NCBI RefSeq assembly: GCF_002087085.1
Contig: NZ_MWQY01000006.1
Coordinates: forward strand, 186,001-216,258
Direction: 5' to 3'
Length of the DNA: 30,258 bases
Part shown: positions 28,501 through 30,258 of the stretch, one piece after another
Layout of the letters: every line of letters begins with the position of its first letter
Position numbering within the stretch: position 1 is the stretch's first letter
Notes under the pieces: generated by a model
Seen by the model: the letters and a program-made list of their open reading frames with translations, nothing else
What the model was told of the DNA's origin: nothing
Databases searched by the model: none
Position numbers and translations under genes: made by a program

Positions 28501-30258
28501 GTCTGCCAGATCAATACTCCCGTTTGTGGAGGTGATCGCAGACGTCCCGGCCAGGGAAATACTGTCTCCTGCATCGGCCCCGTCCAGGTCTATATTCCCG
28601 TCCACCGTCATTATGCCGTTCAGGCTGATGTTGCTGGCACTCGTAATCGTCAGGGCGCTGCCAGCGTTGTCCAGGCTCACCGAGCCGAAACTGACGGTTT
28701 CAAGCCCGCCGCCTACTGTATCAATCTCCAGGGTCGCCGCCACTGAATCGGTCAGCGTCGTCCCGTCAAAGACAATATTGTCGTTACTGGTCGTCACCGT
28801 CACGTTGCCCTGAAGATTCGTCGCAAGGGAACCGGCAAAATTCACCTCGCCGTTCGTGCTGATATCCCCGTTCAGGTTCGCCACCGTCGTCGCGTCCACA
28901 TCAAGGCCGGCAAGCAGTGCGCCGCCTGTAGCGTTTACCAGCGGCAGGTTCACCGTCGCTCCATCGATGTTCAGCGCCTCTCCGCCGTTCACCCCGCTGA
29001 TCGACTCATTCACCGTCACGGTGTCCGCAGCACTCACCGTCGCGCTCGTATCCACATGAAGCGGTATTCCCGCAGCCACCGTTATGTCGCTGCCCGCAGC
29101 AGTATCCGCCACAAGGTTCGCGTTCAGCACAAGACTCGCCCCGTCGTTCACTACAATGTTTCCGGTTGTTTTGTTATGGACCGTCGTAATGACCACATCC
29201 GAACCGGAACCCGCAGCACTCCCGGACTCAAGGGTCGCCGTCGTCCCGATGACGTTTCCGCCGTTTATCGTCAGATCCTCGGTTCCCGTATCGTTGGTAT
29301 CCGCACTCACTGCGGCAGTTCCGTTCGCCGTAAGCGCAGCTCCAACCGTAACCGCCCCCAGGTTGTCGATATCGATGTTCCCGGCAGTGCTCGTTACCGT
29401 CTGACCTATAGTCATCAGGTTGTCCGCCACCCCGTCGATATCGATCAGCCCCGTCGCAGTAACCGCTCCGCTGTAACCCACCGTCCCTGCACTCACCGTC
29501 AGCGTGGACAGGGCATCCGCCTGTCCCGTGGCGGACAGTCCCACCGTTCCGCTGTTTGCCGTCAGCGTCAGGGCATACGTGTTCCCCGCGGCGCTGTCCA
29601 CGGGCGCCCCGGTAAAATCGATCCCGCCGGCACTACTCGTTATCGATACAGCCGCCGCGGTCAGGGTTATGTCGTTCCCGTTGGTAAAGTCGATGGCCCC
29701 GGATACGTCGATAGCCCCCGAAAGCCTCACCTCCAGGGCATCGGTAAAGATCAGGGTATCGATGGTATCCACCTGCCCGACACTGGCCAGACTGATAACC
29801 CCGCCGCTTCCCGCGTTCAGGGTCAGCGCGTACTCATTACCCCCGTCGTCCTCGATACCGAGGGTCGTAAAGTCTATGTTCCCGCCGGTCAGCGTTGACC
29901 CGGCGTTGGTCGTATCGATCGTCCGATCCGCTCCAACCAGGTTCACCGCCGTGGCCGTCCCGGCAAAGCTTATCGCCCCTCCGTCGGTCAGGACGTTCGC
30001 CCCCAGCTCCACGCTGGCGGCTGTCTGGAAGACTGTCTGCCCAACACTGTTCAGGCTGTTCCCGTCCACCACCACCGAGCCGTTCGTTCCGGCCCCGCCG
30101 GTCTGAAAGGTTACCGTCGTCCCCCCGACGTTCGCACCCACCTGCAGGTCGTGGGTCGGGTCGTTGTCGTCGCTGTCCGCGGTTGCCGTTACCGTGCCCA
30201 GGGAAGCAAGTACCGCCCCGTTGATGTCCACCGCTCCGGTTCCGCTTATGACGATGTT
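22531..30258 (-). CDS. Giant repeat-rich surface protein/adhesin (>2575 aa, N-terminus outside the window) with a C-terminal FlgD-Ig/T9SS-CTD-like domain
   Basis: Frame is open to the window end (NIVISGTGAVDI...). G/A/T/V/D/N/S-rich, Lys/Arg/Cys-poor beta-solenoid-like repeats; Ig-like segments (IFIEFSE, IYLKFSEPV); C-terminus WDGRNRGGREVARGIYFIRVVAPGIDEYRKVMVVK. Confidence 0.9.
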   Translation of the reverse strand, partial: NIVISGTGAVDINGAVLASLGTVTATADSDDNDPTHDLQVGANVGGTTVTFQTGGAGTNGSVVVDGNSLNSVGQTVFQTAASVELGANVLTDGGAISFAGTATAVNLVGADRTIDTTNAGSTLTGGNIDFTTLGIEDDGGNEYALTLNAGSGGVISLASVGQVDTIDTLIFTDALEVRLSGAIDVSGAIDFTNGNDITLTAAAVSITSSAGGIDFTGAPVDSAAGNTYALTLTANSGTVGLSATGQADALSTLTVSAGTVGYSGAVTATGLIDIDGVADNLMTIGQTVTSTAGNIDIDNLGAVTVGAALTANGTAAVSADTNDTGTEDLTINGGNVIGTTATLESGSAAGSGSDVVITTVHNKTTGNIVVNDGASLVLNANLVADTAAGSDITVAAGIPLHVDTSATVSAADTVTVNESISGVNGGEALNIDGATVNLPLVNATGGALLAGLDVDATTVANLNGDISTNGEVNFAGSLATNLQGNVTVTTSNDNIVFDGTTLTDSVAATLEIDTVGGGLETVSFGSVSLDNAGSALTITSASNISLNGIMTVDGNIDLDGADAGDSISLAGTSAITSTNGSIDLADGDLNGNDVNINGNQTLSVTADSGTVRLAGVGNSTAVSRITVSGDVVILEGAIVSSGGASPAVSISEAGVAGDPLTIDGTITATGDNIVISGTGAVDINGAVLASLGTVTATADSDDNDPTHDLQVGANVGGTTVTFQTGGAGTNGSVVVDGNSLNSVGQTVFQTAASVELGANVLTDGGAISFAGTATAVNLVGADRTIDTTNAGSTLTGGNIDFTTLGIEDDGGNEYALTLNAGSGGVISLASVGQVDTIDTLIFTDALEVRLSGAIDVSGAIDFTNGNDITLTAAAVSITSSAGGIDFTGAPVDSAAGNTYALTLTANSGTVGLSATGQADALSTLTVSAGTVGYSGAVTATGLIDIDGVADNLMTIGQTVTSTAGNIDIDNLGAVTVGAALTANGTAAVSADTNDTGTEDLTINGGNVIGTTATLESGSAAGSGSDVVITTVQNNTAGSIVVNAGASLVLNANLVADTAAGSDITVAAGIPLHVDTSATVSAADTVTVNESISGVNGGEALNIDGATVNLPLVNATGGALLAGLDVDATTVANLNGDISTNGEVNFAGSLATNLPGNVTVTTSNDNIVFDGTTLTDSVAATLEIDTVGGGLETVSFGTVTLDNGGSALTITSASNISLNGIMTVDGNIDFSGTDAGDNASLLSNSVITSTNGNVDSSGLNLNGAYSLDIDGADVSVASIGNVTRLTAIDFDAVGTLTLGGVLIQTEGGNVDVTGSTDIEVSANLTIDTEGGDDGNAGSVLFAAGAAIDSAGTNSLAIDTTTGAAFTYGDIVLGLVGATDPLSSLLVEGHIITANGVGTVGTPGVTGQITMDADDDGTATPGQLILAGANYYSGSLQNYDGGSNGILLPVANVNKRFVTDANNINFQSTTFMYESVAGINTLFLQPSGNMVFAMDLHVFAPNKTIDVIAGSTLSAQNLVLYSGQLGVSNVALNINQDLVFLGAAYADTDPDTGIANLFEYDHPVRTADGSYPGNILANPNVALYGPAGEGAAGIRLGNFPGLGIGPSEATYSGGLASLNSAILTVGGNFYLNGADMNSGAFSLNIPNNADSSAAFAEAYNATVADSTASGGWVAAAEATDGLGNTQWDFTAPDIVQAYTISDYEIFIEFSEALENSNNEIGQILDADLIFVNAAPTQDFTAVRLSDASAADLGALAAGTESRYFIFRNGNTTWRTDAHGSTVTQADDYNDFTAAPPAAGQATSTNYLGQNPGNIVPDIYIVKANGTSYITLLDEHKNRVVHRVGGNQYTETLDRCDPVLVKLMAGRQGATGDNRDYHNYFRLQYSEDVQIGSLDPETVPHTNQRAQTTLGAGDYGGAADGLGTVSVNGFFSYAGDLDTDSTDGLPGESLEMFDGHELFIYAGGYNNGTIYPGYLLQADDPVSLGVVPAVLAHPNIRDKTDGPSGNGNPLNTGASLQDDPLTGGIDEREIYLDPASSFAGWDVVKPKIAPFPDSTTPTASEIIVRDSGGNTIIDTIELHVLDDESASWDSSADHPDGVTGTPSEPWKGIRDSSVTAAALTAFGLDNSASGIVDNIPSPVFSSTVNDTSLFGTVANPSLDDPYFSVSFAENRGFTELDQLYLTYNPSSADQYVTDLAGNVLSSITSTMCLERTPPRILYSLAVPGDDKIYLKFSEPVYQTAGNPVSGDPITPADFAFVPPASYTINSVEVLSTELDGAKELYLHLDSPLDMEEIVDFPANGYGMTANLEDQFSNAAATEAVRLSSLGIGVVSPVWASDRLHQDNTFGTNFSTVREFDGSGKIMDTDFTLEARILPTVAAADTMNLIYDVNPLPVTLAGPGNLWLPTIITEFNGVANGDVRYVSSFGGVGALRDYLVPGGDPEIVSGADLEFIFRLGPLYCVRSLDPEDPRRIAPWILPIRDISRQTGGVTILGNVINPGDGERAVLSYELSESGMVTITVFGLDGDVVDIIQRGNQAAGEHTATWDGRNRGGREVARGIYFIRVVAPGIDEYRKVMVVK
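26581..28245. repeat. Copy B of the intragenic 2013-bp-period tandem repeat
   Basis: Aligns without gaps to 28594-30258 at offset 2013 (671 codons). About 7 mismatches by eye over 26688-28245; more diverged over 26581-26687. Confidence 0.97.
28594..30258. repeat. Copy A of the intragenic 2013-bp-period tandem repeat; runs off the window end
   Basis: The last window bases (…gcttatgacgatgtt) match 28231-28245 exactly; the shadow ORFs are duplicated at +2013. Confidence 0.97.

Noticed and set aside
26399..30224. Duplicated plus-strand ORFs (280, 200, 215, 109 aa and others)
   Set aside because: Antisense to the giant CDS. They are duplicated only because of the 2013-bp repeat and stay open because of biased codon and amino-acid usage.
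26581..30258. The repeat as an IS/transposon duplication or CRISPR array
   Set aside because: It is an in-frame coding repeat, with no transposase, terminal inverted repeats or repeat-spacer pattern.

Overview
A gene-dense chromosomal window from a GC-rich bacterium, most likely a free-living Spirochaetales member. That placement is inferred from the GalU type, the spirochaete-style lipoproteins and a giant protein ending in an FlgD-Ig domain; it is not proven. Positions 1-22.5 kb hold housekeeping and signalling genes: a GGDEF/EAL protein, adenosine deaminase, a 7TM hybrid kinase with Hpt, a DUF212 protein, rhomboid, DUF1883, rlmE, an NlpC/P60 lipoprotein, a three-gene phosphorelay cluster, apbE, topA, an M23 peptidase, a cupin, MalY/PatB, an HD hydrolase, galU, a GT2 and a CBM-like lipoprotein. 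The last 7.7 kb is the 3' part of a giant (>2575 aa) acidic adhesin-like protein with a near-identical 2013-bp tandem repeat and a C-terminal domain resembling FlgD-Ig and T9SS sorting domains. The most notable observations are: (1) the giant repeat protein and its T9SS-like tail; (2) a sensor-less DHp plus dead-ATPase protein (ChpT/Spo0B-like) coupled to a REC and a REC-HisKA_2 kinase; (3) about 8 genes with a TAnnnT box 6-9 nt before the start codon and no SD, suggesting widespread leaderless mRNAs; (4) a gammaproteobacterial-type topA; (5) five clustered nonsynonymous, adenine-biased differences between the otherwise nearly identical repeat copies. No rRNA, tRNA, CRISPR array or mobile element was recognised.
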